From positions 68,967-132,966 of the forward strand of contig JASLKC010000026.1 in NCBI GenBank assembly GCA_030747785.1: a stretch of DNA of 64,000 nt, given 5' to 3'. Positions 28,601 through 37,398 of the stretch are shown in pieces. The first letter of the stretch is position 1. Each line of letters starts with the position of its first letter. The position numbers were made by a program, and so were the translations under genes. The notes under the pieces were generated by a model. The model saw nothing but the letters and a program-made list of their open reading frames with translations. It did not search any database and was not told the origin of the DNA. The DNA is from Candidatus Poseidoniaceae archaeon (GTDB lineage: Archaea; Thermoplasmatota; Poseidoniia; Poseidoniales; Poseidoniaceae).

Positions 28601-29325
28601 CGACCCATACAGATGTTTCATCGTGGGTTTACCCAGTTTGGGGTGTTGAATTATTCCTTCTAGCGAGCGTATTGCTGTACGAGTGGGTGGAAAATGAGCG
28701 TCTAAATCGAAATCTAACAGACCACCGAGGCGCAGCAGGACGTGCCGCATGGGCTGCTCTAATTTCGTTGCTCAGTTTTGGACCGGCAGGAATTATTGCT
28801 TGTTTGTTAGTAATGAGAAACGGACTAAAATGGACCCAACCAGCAGTACCGGTTGCAACATCAGTACTTCTTGTATTCTCGTGGTTTACCTTTAGCCAAT
28901 GGTATGAGCAAATTGAAGAAACAGCATCACTATTCGCAATAGCGATTGGAATTGGAGGCCTTGCATGGGCGAGTTATTCTACAGTTGCAAAGAAGGGCCT
29001 TTGGATACCAGCAGGATTGTGGATTGGTCACCTTCTTCTCCCAATGTCTTCATTCACATATTTCGAGGCCGCAACACCTGGTCTCGTCGTTGCATTATTG
29101 TTATGCTCAACAACATCATGGATGATTGGAGTACTCACACTCAGAAGAGCATGGCGAATTATCGGTGCCCTTGACCTTGTGATTGCATGGATGGTCGCAG
29201 GAAAATTATTGATTTCAGGTGCAAGCAGTATGATGGCATTGATAATGCTCCTCAGCACTGCAATATTGCTGGGATTGGTCACATGGATTGGACAAGTTTA
29301 CGAAGATGAAATTTCGAGAACTTGA
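25618..29325 (+). CDS. Very large polytopic membrane protein of unknown function
   Basis: Track ORF 25270..29325. The first 116 codons overlap pckA antisense, so I start at ATG 25618 (GTG 25537 is an alternative). It has an acidic N-terminal region, then dozens of hydrophobic helices in two blocks separated by a charged segment (about 27925-28140). Confidence 0.6.
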   Translation: MITNSPPETEAEEVIPEEEKEEDVAIGEVAEIFTRGDAPSEINRDGTVDAEPELDTITEYAVEGEKRIHLGLMIAMIVTWSAIGAIVGTTLGHTLSAIGLLAMAGFGLFLGEIWIKDKRMHLLGVTWVIISMKLLYGLAISMEGWGWIDSTLLGIILLTLVGVNILIAQRHDEDAIAAQATLVLLVTGSAAGALYGQIGIALMIGVGTLMFHGLAFLRKSGNLASLGIAVSYLWIGIHSISNDWSVFGLHLVPFEDPLLLFLLMFGVTGINALVAAVFAKEENWFSSAFKALKLGKPGLWSVSVGLGMIGALLAIAAHRHETGYALAQLILLIYAFAPSYLVVRGVDWNVLQRYTLWPAPFLLVGLVLMAQGIIPLPIDEPWSIFAALSAILTVFTLLSNESAVSDHVLWMGGIVVVILLTILIPAGESDTDGARGLLLGQMVVWGGMAGLSLQRNSPSLAGTAVLAPWIWLIIFASDFEDRLVSMDVIPVVLPQMEVGFYMAGLVAFAIPINLKLGDTGVNLASRLIGMSELSARLRDSGMMRLWNISFLIALVTILFITRQGAIEATGLIILMGLILVSHSVIMRMDRHQGTPRLILLSWGIAAIILQWKFGFASVWIAILGLCSLIIVRWSEENAQRYEAGEGISAEALMPGKLVTITLSLMAVMAIIISLDKHINYALDNHDLFPLGTDELRLSTLAVLGTIGFLYLPRASSFDKLLPPAMATIATLIALGLAASAHDDTVTLYAVIIGFVVTGAWLAAQGEIRSRMKQVTIREERIAQAEGKRAIKEYVESTQALSGNEGDSARITMFDADLIERTQKMKKKAKRTGQLSELSVVTGDIHHKPTIVLSFISVTILVGIFLAWSTRSGVMAIALSSFISILFIGIARWRANEVGLHLPDMMGIESPVAVTMGGLTLIHVASRVGDVSSKLEDQTGLAVLTGALILLAGLSLLGRKDLGLRIPSALEGVLILLLASRMLTSLMGLDQLRVDPTHTDVSSWVYPVWGVELFLLASVLLYEWVENERLNRNLTDHRGAAGRAAWAALISLLSFGPAGIIACLLVMRNGLKWTQPAVPVATSVLLVFSWFTFSQWYEQIEETASLFAIAIGIGGLAWASYSTVAKKGLWIPAGLWIGHLLLPMSSFTYFEAATPGLVVALLLCSTTSWMIGVLTLRRAWRIIGALDLVIAWMVAGKLLISGASSMMALIMLLSTAILLGLVTWIGQVYEDEISRT

Positions 29326-30849
29326 TTATTCTACTAAAGCTTCAGTTAGGCGTGCTACAATCCGATTAAGCACACTTTCAGGGATAGTTGGGTCAACACC
29401 AGGAGCCAGCCTAAGACTAACATTTGTCTTGGCCTGAGTTCCAGAATTCCTGATACCAATAGAGAGCCCATCTGTTTCGAGCATCATGAGATTTGCTTCT
29501 CCAACAAGCCCATGACGAGAGAGATCTCCAAGGGCAATATGCGCAATATGCTCAATCTGGTCGGCTAGTTCATTCGATCCAGTCCAACGACTGCGGTCGG
29601 TTTCTTTGATGGAAACGCGTCTCTTATGACCGCGGATAAATGCTTCTGATTTTTCATCTACGGCCATTGCAGCCAATACTGCAATCATGCTAGCAGCACC
29701 ATCCCCGACCAGAGTTCGCCCACCTTTTGGATGAGGAGCAGTCATTACGAGGTGACCCGAATCTTCTACCCCGAGAACATTTCTGTCAGAGTCTCGAAGT
29801 TCAGCCGATAACCATCTGTCGCCGACCGCAGTTTGACTCCATTTCACATCTGCTTCAAGTCTATCTAAAGAGGAGATTAGAGAAAGATCAGATTCGATAC
29901 TAGCAGCAAGATGCCATTCGCCCTTTGCCGACCTCAATATTTCATCAGCCATTCCATCTCCATCCAGCACCGCACAACCATCTTCGGTGCTAACGATGAA
30001 TAGACACCTATCTCCGTCTCCATCAAGGGCAGCGGCTATTATCTGACCCGGGGCACATCTACTGAGACTGTGAATCAAAATATGGTCACTGCGAGCTGCT
30101 TCGGGCCATGTCCATGTATCTGTTGGAGACAACTCTCCTGCGCCACATCCGTCATTTAGAGCCGGCGCATTTTGAGAAACCTCTTCAGCATCGATTCCAG
30201 CCAATTTTAGTAAATCTGCTAGCCATGTAGAGCCGGCGCCTTTCGAGCAATCGAGTAGCAGACTTTGACTCGCAGGAGGTGCAAACATTCCAGAGAATTC
30301 AGCAAGTCTAACCACAAGTAATTCTTGATGTGCATGATTGGCATTGAATGAGTAATCGGGTTCCGAGAGTAGTGTTAGGTCGGAATCATCTACCTCTCTT
30401 TCTTCTGCTGCGAGTTCAATCATTAGTGATGAAATTTCATCCTCATATTTTGGAGATGATTTGAAACCATCCTTATCAAAAACTTTGATTCCCGAATCCG
30501 TTACTGGATTATGACTTGCTGTAATCATGCAGCCAAGCGTCGCACCGGTCTCTAATAGCGCATTATGGAGGCCGGGGGTAGCACATATTCCAGCATGTGT
30601 TACGCTGCATCCTCCAAGGTGCAACCCTTGGGTGATTCCCACCACAAGATCAGGATTTCCAGGGCGCTCATCCCAGCCAATAATGACATTCGAGCCAAAT
30701 TCAACGGTTCGAGTTAATGCTTCACCAACCAATTTCAATAGCCGAGAAGAAATAGCACGGCGCTCCAAATAATCTTCAATTGCAAGTTGGTCATCACCAG
30801 GGCTCGAAACAACCTCGCCACGAATTCCATCGGTTCCGAAGAACATCAA
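29326..30849 (-). CDS. Phosphohexomutase (phosphoglucosamine mutase/phosphomannomutase family)
   Basis: MFFGTDGIRG and the active-site motif GCMITASHNPVTDSGIKVF. Confidence 0.8.
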   Translation of the reverse strand: MMFFGTDGIRGEVVSSPGDDQLAIEDYLERRAISSRLLKLVGEALTRTVEFGSNVIIGWDERPGNPDLVVGITQGLHLGGCSVTHAGICATPGLHNALLETGATLGCMITASHNPVTDSGIKVFDKDGFKSSPKYEDEISSLMIELAAEEREVDDSDLTLLSEPDYSFNANHAHQELLVVRLAEFSGMFAPPASQSLLLDCSKGAGSTWLADLLKLAGIDAEEVSQNAPALNDGCGAGELSPTDTWTWPEAARSDHILIHSLSRCAPGQIIAAALDGDGDRCLFIVSTEDGCAVLDGDGMADEILRSAKGEWHLAASIESDLSLISSLDRLEADVKWSQTAVGDRWLSAELRDSDRNVLGVEDSGHLVMTAPHPKGGRTLVGDGAASMIAVLAAMAVDEKSEAFIRGHKRRVSIKETDRSRWTGSNELADQIEHIAHIALGDLSRHGLVGEANLMMLETDGLSIGIRNSGTQAKTNVSLRLAPGVDPTIPESVLNRIVARLTEALVE

Positions 30850-30850
30850 A

Positions 30851-31522
30851 TCACCTCAGGCTAGTTCCAGGGCCATGGATACCAGTAACAGTAGTATTGG
30901 GCATCACAAGCGAGTTTGAACCAATAACTACTCCAGGATTGGTCACAACATTACAACCTAGTTGACAGCCTTCACCTAGAATTGCGCCAAATTTCCTCAA
31001 CCCCGAAGGCAATCTCTGCCCATCGAGAATAACATGTACTTCCGCACCATCATTTCGCAAATTGGATAGTTTTGCTCCAGCACCGAGATTTACATCCGGC
31101 CCAAGAATAGAATCTCCGACATAATTGAAATGTGGTGCTTTAGAACCTGGCAGCAAAATACTGTGTTTGACTTCACTAGCATGACCGACTAAAGCCCTAT
31201 CACAAATCCATGAAAATTCACGGATATATGCGCCATGCCGTATTATTGCTCCAGCGCCGATGTATGAAGGTCCAATGATATGGACACTAGGCTCGATTAT
31301 CGCATCCGGATGGATATGTACCACACCTTTACCATCATCAATACTAACGCCTTCTCTATGACTTGGCCCAATTCCTCCAAGCATATCGATTATCTGACCT
31401 TTGAGAGTAGGCAACACCGTCCAAACTGGACCGGATGGAAAGCAGGGTTGACGCCCCTCATCTTCGTTGAGTGAAGGCCAGAGTTCCCCGGCCGATGGCG
31501 CGTTCATCAGTAGACCCCACAC
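30851..31522 (-). CDS. Left-handed beta-helix (hexapeptide-repeat) transferase, GlmU C-terminal-domain-like
   Basis: Hexapeptide repeats (IIGPSYIGAGAIIRHGAYI...VGDSILGPDVNLGAGAKLSN). It lies immediately upstream of the phosphohexomutase gene. Confidence 0.6.
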   Translation of the reverse strand: MWGLLMNAPSAGELWPSLNEDEGRQPCFPSGPVWTVLPTLKGQIIDMLGGIGPSHREGVSIDDGKGVVHIHPDAIIEPSVHIIGPSYIGAGAIIRHGAYIREFSWICDRALVGHASEVKHSILLPGSKAPHFNYVGDSILGPDVNLGAGAKLSNLRNDGAEVHVILDGQRLPSGLRKFGAILGEGCQLGCNVVTNPGVVIGSNSLVMPNTTVTGIHGPGTSLR

Positions 31523-31542
31523 AGGGACTCAATTTGACCTTT

Positions 31543-31821
31543 TCAGGCAACGCTGTATATTCTCTTGCCAGTTGAGCGGTCAAGAGTGAAACTGATGAGG
31601 TTCTTCATATATCGAGGAATAAAGAAACCAACCTTACGTGTAGTCAGCCCATGATTCCTCATTCTTCGCTCATTTGATAGGTGGTGAACAATATCAGCTG
31701 CGGAGCACCCAGGATTACATCCTACATATTCAATAATCTCAAATTTTAACCGCTCTAGTCGAGCAGTTTTCTGGGATCCCTTTCCATTCATATATTGTAT
31801 TACAATGGAAGAGTACTTCAA
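31543..31821 (-). CDS. Small putative winged-helix protein
   Basis: 92 aa. FEIIEYVGCNPGCSAADIVHHLS looks like an HTH recognition region. Weak. Confidence 0.35.
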   Translation of the reverse strand: MKYSSIVIQYMNGKGSQKTARLERLKFEIIEYVGCNPGCSAADIVHHLSNERRMRNHGLTTRKVGFFIPRYMKNLISFTLDRSTGKRIYSVA

Positions 31822-31867
31822 AATCTAGGGGGATGTCCCCGGGGTCCAGCCTCGCAGCATACCGTTT

Positions 31868-32704
31868 TTACAAAGTAGACAGCAAATCCGACCACTTGAA
31901 TGACGAGCCGCGACGGAATAAGTTATTGTGAAAATCATCTTGAGAATAGTGAGAACATCGGGCTACTCTTCCGCGTGAATTATAACAGCCCTGCCTAGTA
32001 TGAATTGGAACAATTAGGCTGCTGAGATCCAAGGCTGGACCATTTGCGGGAGGAATTTCAATGCTTATGTTTTCCAAAGTTCCGTCCCATTCAAGTTCAT
32101 TGAGATTAGGAGATTGAATAGAGAGGTCACTTTCCAAACGAATAATTCCCTCTGCAAGACGTTTAGGAGCCCAAGTATTCTGTACACCCGCATCTAACCA
32201 TTGTACAAGGCGTTTCATTTCAGATGGTTCAAGAAGAGTGAGAAATGAAGTTTCCCACCACCCAGGCGAGCGAATAAGGGTGACATGATGAATACCTGGT
32301 TGAACATCACGTGCATCGAGCGAATCCGCCCAGGTTCGACAAATATTCTCAAGTCTTACAGGTATCAATGGCATTGTAGGGGCCATGATATCAGCTAATC
32401 TGTATGGGTTAGCAAGTTCTCCTGCAACTAGAAGGGGGCGGCATTTGGACAGGTCGAGACAATCGCCTAGGCGATCTCCGTTTGGCAAAATGTGCTCACC
32501 GACGAATTGTCTAAGTTCATCGATACTTATTGAATCATTTTCTGGCATCTCTGGCATGCTAAGTTCGAGAACTTCTGACGAAGAAAATAGAATTGGGCCC
32601 GAAGGTAATTGCCTTGGTGAAGTAGCAGGGGTTAGTTGCCAAAGCCTCGGGGAGATGCCAGCCATACTTCTTCCACCAGAAGGTGTGAATTCAATGTTCC
32701 TCAA
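31868..32704 (-). CDS. Hypothetical protein
   Basis: Track ORF of 278 aa. It overlaps the upstream CBS gene by 4 nt. I recognise no family. Confidence 0.45.
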   Translation of the reverse strand: MRNIEFTPSGGRSMAGISPRLWQLTPATSPRQLPSGPILFSSSEVLELSMPEMPENDSISIDELRQFVGEHILPNGDRLGDCLDLSKCRPLLVAGELANPYRLADIMAPTMPLIPVRLENICRTWADSLDARDVQPGIHHVTLIRSPGWWETSFLTLLEPSEMKRLVQWLDAGVQNTWAPKRLAEGIIRLESDLSIQSPNLNELEWDGTLENISIEIPPANGPALDLSSLIVPIHTRQGCYNSRGRVARCSHYSQDDFHNNLFRRGSSFKWSDLLSTL

Positions 32705-33192
32705 AATAGGAATCGAGGCATATGTCGAGCCACTGTACTATGGCTTACTACTCCGATAATTGCCCCATCTTCATCGACCACTGCCAATTGATTGAGGTCG
32801 TGAGCAAGCATCAGTGCGCCCGCCTTCAATAAGGGGGCACTCTTTGGCATTGTGATAGTTTCTTGAGTAATTAATTCTACAGCAGAAATCGCATGCATCC
32901 ACGCAATATCACGATTTACAGTTTTACGTGCGACCAATTTCAAAATATCAACCGCGTGAATACGCCCAATTGGTACGCGTTCAGAATTGACGATGAAAAT
33001 ATGATCCCAGTTATTTTCAGTTATTTGCTCTAGGACATCAGCTACAGTGGCTGAATAGAATAGAACATGTGGAGCGCTGTATACTTGCCCACAGGTTAGA
33101 GCACGAGCTGCAGTTGAACGGTTGGTTTTTTTGGAACCACGACGGGACTTGGTAATCGACATCAATTCACCTCTATTGGGCGCCGGCGACAC
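32701..33192 (-). CDS. CBS-domain pair protein
   Basis: About 120 aa of tandem CBS-like units (HIFIVNSERVPIGRIHAVDILK; LAVVDEDGAIIGVVSHSTVAR) after a basic N-terminus. Confidence 0.6.
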   Translation of the reverse strand: MSPAPNRGELMSITKSRRGSKKTNRSTAARALTCGQVYSAPHVLFYSATVADVLEQITENNWDHIFIVNSERVPIGRIHAVDILKLVARKTVNRDIAWMHAISAVELITQETITMPKSAPLLKAGALMLAHDLNQLAVVDEDGAIIGVVSHSTVARHMPRFLF

Positions 33193-33387
33193 CCTTGCCT
33201 ATTTGAACCTACCATTAGTTTGAGAGATTACTATTCACTAATGCCGGTAATATTCCCCCCGAAAACCACTATGAGAAGGGTAGAAACTTTACATTATTAG
33301 GAAAGCACTCCCCGATAATCAGATACTTTCACGGGTTAGATGCGCGGGAAGTGAACCTTCATCTCCAAAGAGGTCCCGGAACCTACT

Positions 33388-33825
33388 ATGCCCCTCTCCC
33401 ATGATGTGTTAAGTCGTCTTGCTAGCCTTTCTGGATATGACCAAATGCTAGAGATGGACACCATTAGTCGAAACCATGGTGTTAGTCTTGCTCAGATTGA
33501 AACTGAATTGGCATCCTTCAATGCCGGTGCTCAACCCGAATCCACGCCTTCTACTTCAGAAATGGATACCTTTGTTCCAGGGGCGTACAAGGAAGATGTC
33601 GACCTTTCATCTGCACAGCCCATCAATACTGGCCCTCAATTTATCGATAATCCAGATCAGTTCAGAATGAGGTACAATCCTTCACATGAAGGCCTTGCAC
33701 ATCAAGCCCAAGTCAATCAGGCGATTATTTGCCCCGCCTGTTCATCGCCACTCGGAATACCTGAAATTAGGCCAATCAAAGTGACTTGCCCGCAGTGTAT
33801 GCACGAAGCGGTATTTCAATCCTGA
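33388..33825 (+). CDS. Hypothetical protein with C-terminal zinc ribbon
   Basis: 145 aa. The C-terminus reads CPACSSPLGIPEIRPIKVTCPQC. Confidence 0.45.
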   Translation: MPLSHDVLSRLASLSGYDQMLEMDTISRNHGVSLAQIETELASFNAGAQPESTPSTSEMDTFVPGAYKEDVDLSSAQPINTGPQFIDNPDQFRMRYNPSHEGLAHQAQVNQAIICPACSSPLGIPEIRPIKVTCPQCMHEAVFQS

Positions 33826-34938
33826 TTAGATGCCCCAGTACCGCTCAGCCTGAGCCTGGCGTGCTTGTACCGCTCTGACAATCGTGGTAGTAACCCAAAG
33901 AACTGCAATCCACATTAGTGGTTCCAAAAGGTCATTGAAAATCCCTTCAACACTGAATTCGTAAGTTGTTCCATTTAGCACAGATTTAGCAATTGCTAGT
34001 CCTTTGTCTAAGAAACTGTATACTACCATTCCAAAGACTGCGAGTACGATTAATCTTCCAGAGAAAGAACCTCTTTGCAATCTTAGAATCATGAATCCTG
34101 CTGTTGAAGTAAGGAATGCAATAACGATCCACGCTAAAGCAGAATGGATGACTGCTACCCAAATCACAGAAAAAGTTCCTGAAACAGCAAGATATTCTGA
34201 GTATCCTTCGGCAACAGCAAAAATCGCACTGAAAACTGTCGAAGTCCACAGTAAAGAGGAGAACATTGCCGCATCCGCATTCTCTCTCATTTCTTGAGCA
34301 ATGCGTCCAACGGTTGCTTCCAAACCTAATCCCTTTGAGAGAATAAACAAACCAAGGATTAGTGGCAAAGCTCCAATTACAATTCCACCGATATTATCTG
34401 GAAGCATTACACCAAGTCCGAATAATGCCAAAATTGCACCAAGCGGGACTAGCATTTTTGCACGCCACTTCGGGTCTTCAAGCGCCTTTACAATGTAGTA
34501 ATAGGTACTTTCAATTCCTTTGGATTGCTTTACAATTATTTTCTCGATATGGTCAATTCGCACTTGGCTTTGCAGAATTGGAAGAACCGATTCATCTTCG
34601 GCTCCATCTGTAACTAGAATCGCTTGATCTGGTTGAAATTCTGCAACAACTTCCTCAAGTTGTGCAGCAATCGCTCTATCTGAGCGCATTCCTACCTTTT
34701 CGTCACCGGTTAGAATTGCGATTTCAACCTCATCGCCTTCAGAATTATTTTCAACCAATTGGTCAAACTGGTGCAGGGCCCCGAATATTGCATTGGTATC
34801 ACTCTCTTCAGGATCAGCAATACCAAGACGCAGGGCAGCAGTAAGGACTGGTTTTCGTCCAACGACTGGACCTTTGATTGCAGTCTTTAGACCAAGGTCA
34901 TTATCTCGGTCGACAGTGATTACAAGTGTTCGGACCAT
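33826..34938 (-). CDS. DUF373-family archaeal membrane protein
   Basis: N-terminus MVRTLVITVDRDNDLGLKTAIKGPVVGR...ADPEESDTNAIFGAL matches my recollection of the DUF373 soluble domain. The C-terminal half is polytopic. Confidence 0.7.
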   Translation of the reverse strand: MVRTLVITVDRDNDLGLKTAIKGPVVGRKPVLTAALRLGIADPEESDTNAIFGALHQFDQLVENNSEGDEVEIAILTGDEKVGMRSDRAIAAQLEEVVAEFQPDQAILVTDGAEDESVLPILQSQVRIDHIEKIIVKQSKGIESTYYYIVKALEDPKWRAKMLVPLGAILALFGLGVMLPDNIGGIVIGALPLILGLFILSKGLGLEATVGRIAQEMRENADAAMFSSLLWTSTVFSAIFAVAEGYSEYLAVSGTFSVIWVAVIHSALAWIVIAFLTSTAGFMILRLQRGSFSGRLIVLAVFGMVVYSFLDKGLAIAKSVLNGTTYEFSVEGIFNDLLEPLMWIAVLWVTTTIVRAVQARQAQAERYWGI

Positions 34939-34986
34939 CCCTTCTCCCTCCCTTGGATATGTTTAGGCTGATATGCCCCCACTTCA

Positions 34987-36198
34987 TCAAGCATCGCCTG
35001 TTTTGTCCTCTTCAGAAACGTTTGTGGCCTGTTGTTCTTTCATCCGTCGCCTTTGATTGGCGCGGACATATTTGAGGGGGTGGTCCATCCAAGGTTGATC
35101 GCATAACCTATCTTGTCCCGGCTGGACTGCACAGTTGTGATTTACCTTCAATTTTCCACATCCAGAAGGCGTGTATTCTCTTTCGTAAAGATGGCCCACT
35201 TGGTACGTAGTGGTCGCTTCTGAGAAATCAGGAGCCCCTCTGAATAAATCAACGGTTGCCTCAGGAGGAAAACCGATTGTGCGAGCCATAGCGGCAAGGA
35301 ATACCCTTCCGAAGTGATTTACATTCACGCCTTGCGCTAGTTCCGCAATTGCCTTGCGCATGCAGGGGGGCCAGTCTGCTTCTCCTGCTCCAACAAGTGC
35401 GACCGCTTCTGCCGAACGGTCAGCCATAAGTCCTCGAATCATTCCAACGGGTTCTGCCAATCGAATAGCGAGAGACTCATCCATACTTGCCATCTTTTCT
35501 AGAGCTTCAATTTGGATTTCATTCTTCAGTCGTTCTCTGAGAAGGCGAGCGAGTTTTTCAGTTGAAGAATACACCCTTTCTTCATGAAGAATTACCCAAC
35601 CGTCTTCGACATCACAATTTGCTAATCTCCAGCGTGGCCCTGTGATTTTTGGAGAGAGTTCTATGAAATCAGCGAGGCCCATTTTCCAAACTCCATCAGT
35701 CCTTCTTTCTATTTTTGAAAGGTATGTATTGGCAATGATATCGAGATTAGCGAGGTCTACTGCAAGAATTCGTTGGCCGCGTTCCGCTTCTGCTTGGGCC
35801 CAACGAGAGATCAAGCGTTCATCTTCACTAGCACCGACTACTAAGCGCGCATAATAGAATGAAAAAGCCTCCAATAATCGACCTTCCTCAGTATGAATAT
35901 CTCCGATAGATGCAACCTCTACCCCATCTTTGCTATCGACGGTATCTACCAATCTAGAGCGGGCGCGAATTCGCGACCTTTCCATCAAAGACCCTTCCAG
36001 CAATTCGTCAAGGTCAATCCCGTGCTTAACCGCCATTCCAGTTATCCACCCACTCGCCTGAGGGAGGAAGGGATAACGGGCCAGTGTGACCTCATCGGCA
36101 AGGTCTGGCACGGTCAATGGCTTTGGCACGACGCCCCGTTCACGCTCCGGGCTCTTGAACCATCCTATTGATGAGCAAGACAAGTATCGGCGCAACAT
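34987..36198 (-). CDS. priL: DNA primase large subunit PriL
   Basis: LARYPFLP near the N-terminus, WPPCMRKAI, and a C-terminal Cys cluster (GCGKL...NCAV...LCDQP) for the Fe-S domain. The true start is probably downstream of 36198. Confidence 0.7.
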   Translation of the reverse strand: MLRRYLSCSSIGWFKSPERERGVVPKPLTVPDLADEVTLARYPFLPQASGWITGMAVKHGIDLDELLEGSLMERSRIRARSRLVDTVDSKDGVEVASIGDIHTEEGRLLEAFSFYYARLVVGASEDERLISRWAQAEAERGQRILAVDLANLDIIANTYLSKIERRTDGVWKMGLADFIELSPKITGPRWRLANCDVEDGWVILHEERVYSSTEKLARLLRERLKNEIQIEALEKMASMDESLAIRLAEPVGMIRGLMADRSAEAVALVGAGEADWPPCMRKAIAELAQGVNVNHFGRVFLAAMARTIGFPPEATVDLFRGAPDFSEATTTYQVGHLYEREYTPSGCGKLKVNHNCAVQPGQDRLCDQPWMDHPLKYVRANQRRRMKEQQATNVSEEDKTGDA

Positions 36199-36829
36199 GC
36201 AACCGGTCGATGCAAGACTCGTCCAGGTTCAAAATGAGATTCGTGAGGCATTTGGGTGGAGCCTTGAATCCGATATTGATAGTGCCCAGTTACTAAGGTC
36301 TGAATGCACTAATCCTCCCCCTGCAATACGGCTCTCAGGGACGGTAACGGTCGTAGGCGCAGCAGCGCCAGATGGCGTTACATCTCCTCATCCAATAATC
36401 GCTGCCGATGGAGCAGTTGGAGCTGTTGCTGATTTATCTCAAGTCATTTTGGTAGTAAGCGATGGCGATGGCTCCCCTCATTTGGAGCGTTCTTTGAATC
36501 GTGGCATTCCGCTCTGTTTACATGCTCATGGAGACAACATCACTTCTTGGCGAAATGTAATTTCGATTATGGACTCAACACAAGAGGTCATTTTGACTCA
36601 TCAAACTCCGAATACGATTGATGGAATGTATAATCCGGGCGGTTTTACAGATGGGGACCGTGCAGTTTGTATTGCATTTGCACTTGGTGCAGATGCGGTG
36701 GAATTGATTGGTTTTAGCACTGGCGATGTAGGCAAATGGTCTGGAGTGACCGATGTTAAGCGCAAACTCACGAAACTCACTTGGATGAAACGCATACTCG
36801 CGATATTGGGCTTGGAGGTCGAGCCATGA
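36197..36829 (+). CDS. MptE-like 6-hydroxymethyl-7,8-dihydropterin pyrophosphokinase (DUF115 family)
   Basis: AADGA..., VVSDGDG, LHAHGDN and GGFTDGDRA motifs as I recall for archaeal MptE. Start moved to ATG 36197. Confidence 0.55.
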   Translation: MQPVDARLVQVQNEIREAFGWSLESDIDSAQLLRSECTNPPPAIRLSGTVTVVGAAAPDGVTSPHPIIAADGAVGAVADLSQVILVVSDGDGSPHLERSLNRGIPLCLHAHGDNITSWRNVISIMDSTQEVILTHQTPNTIDGMYNPGGFTDGDRAVCIAFALGADAVELIGFSTGDVGKWSGVTDVKRKLTKLTWMKRILAILGLEVEP

Positions 36830-37398
36830 ATCGAAATCAAGTATTTTGGGTAATTGCTCTAATCGGAATCAATATTCTTTGGAGTACAATTGCCGATAAT
36901 AATGCCACTCAGGAGATCAATAGACCAGGTGCTGATTTTGCTCCTGAACGCCAGACTTCGGTAAATTCAATCATAGGAGATTCAGCGATCCCTGCAAGCC
37001 TCGAATGCGACTTTTCTAGTGAAATAGGAGTCGAGGGAGAAGTAGGATGGTCAATAATGTTAGATTCACAAGTAATTGCCAGTTGGGACGGGAATTCCAG
37101 TGAAAATTGCGTAGGGTGGAGTGGAGAACTTTCGCCCGGAGAATACACAATTACAACAACAAATGTGGAGGGAATTGATGCATCTGTACAATTGCACTTA
37201 CAGCCCTTTGAACCCGTTAGGTGGTATGGCCATATCGTCTTCTCAATTCTCCTATTTGCGTTGGGAGGCGGCGAAATTGTGGTTCGAATGATTATGCCGA
37301 AGAAGGTAAAAAAAGTCGAAGAGGACAAAGAAATCGTGGAATTAGAACCCACTCCTTCGATTGAGTCCCAAGGAATTTGGCAGGACCCAATCCGTTAA
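36826..37398 (+). CDS. Hypothetical bitopic membrane protein
   Basis: The internal ATG at 36826 overlaps the previous stop (ATGA). It has an N-terminal TM (VFWVIALIGINILW), a beta-rich middle and a second TM. Confidence 0.45.
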   Translation: MNRNQVFWVIALIGINILWSTIADNNATQEINRPGADFAPERQTSVNSIIGDSAIPASLECDFSSEIGVEGEVGWSIMLDSQVIASWDGNSSENCVGWSGELSPGEYTITTTNVEGIDASVQLHLQPFEPVRWYGHIVFSILLFALGGGEIVVRMIMPKKVKKVEEDKEIVELEPTPSIESQGIWQDPIR

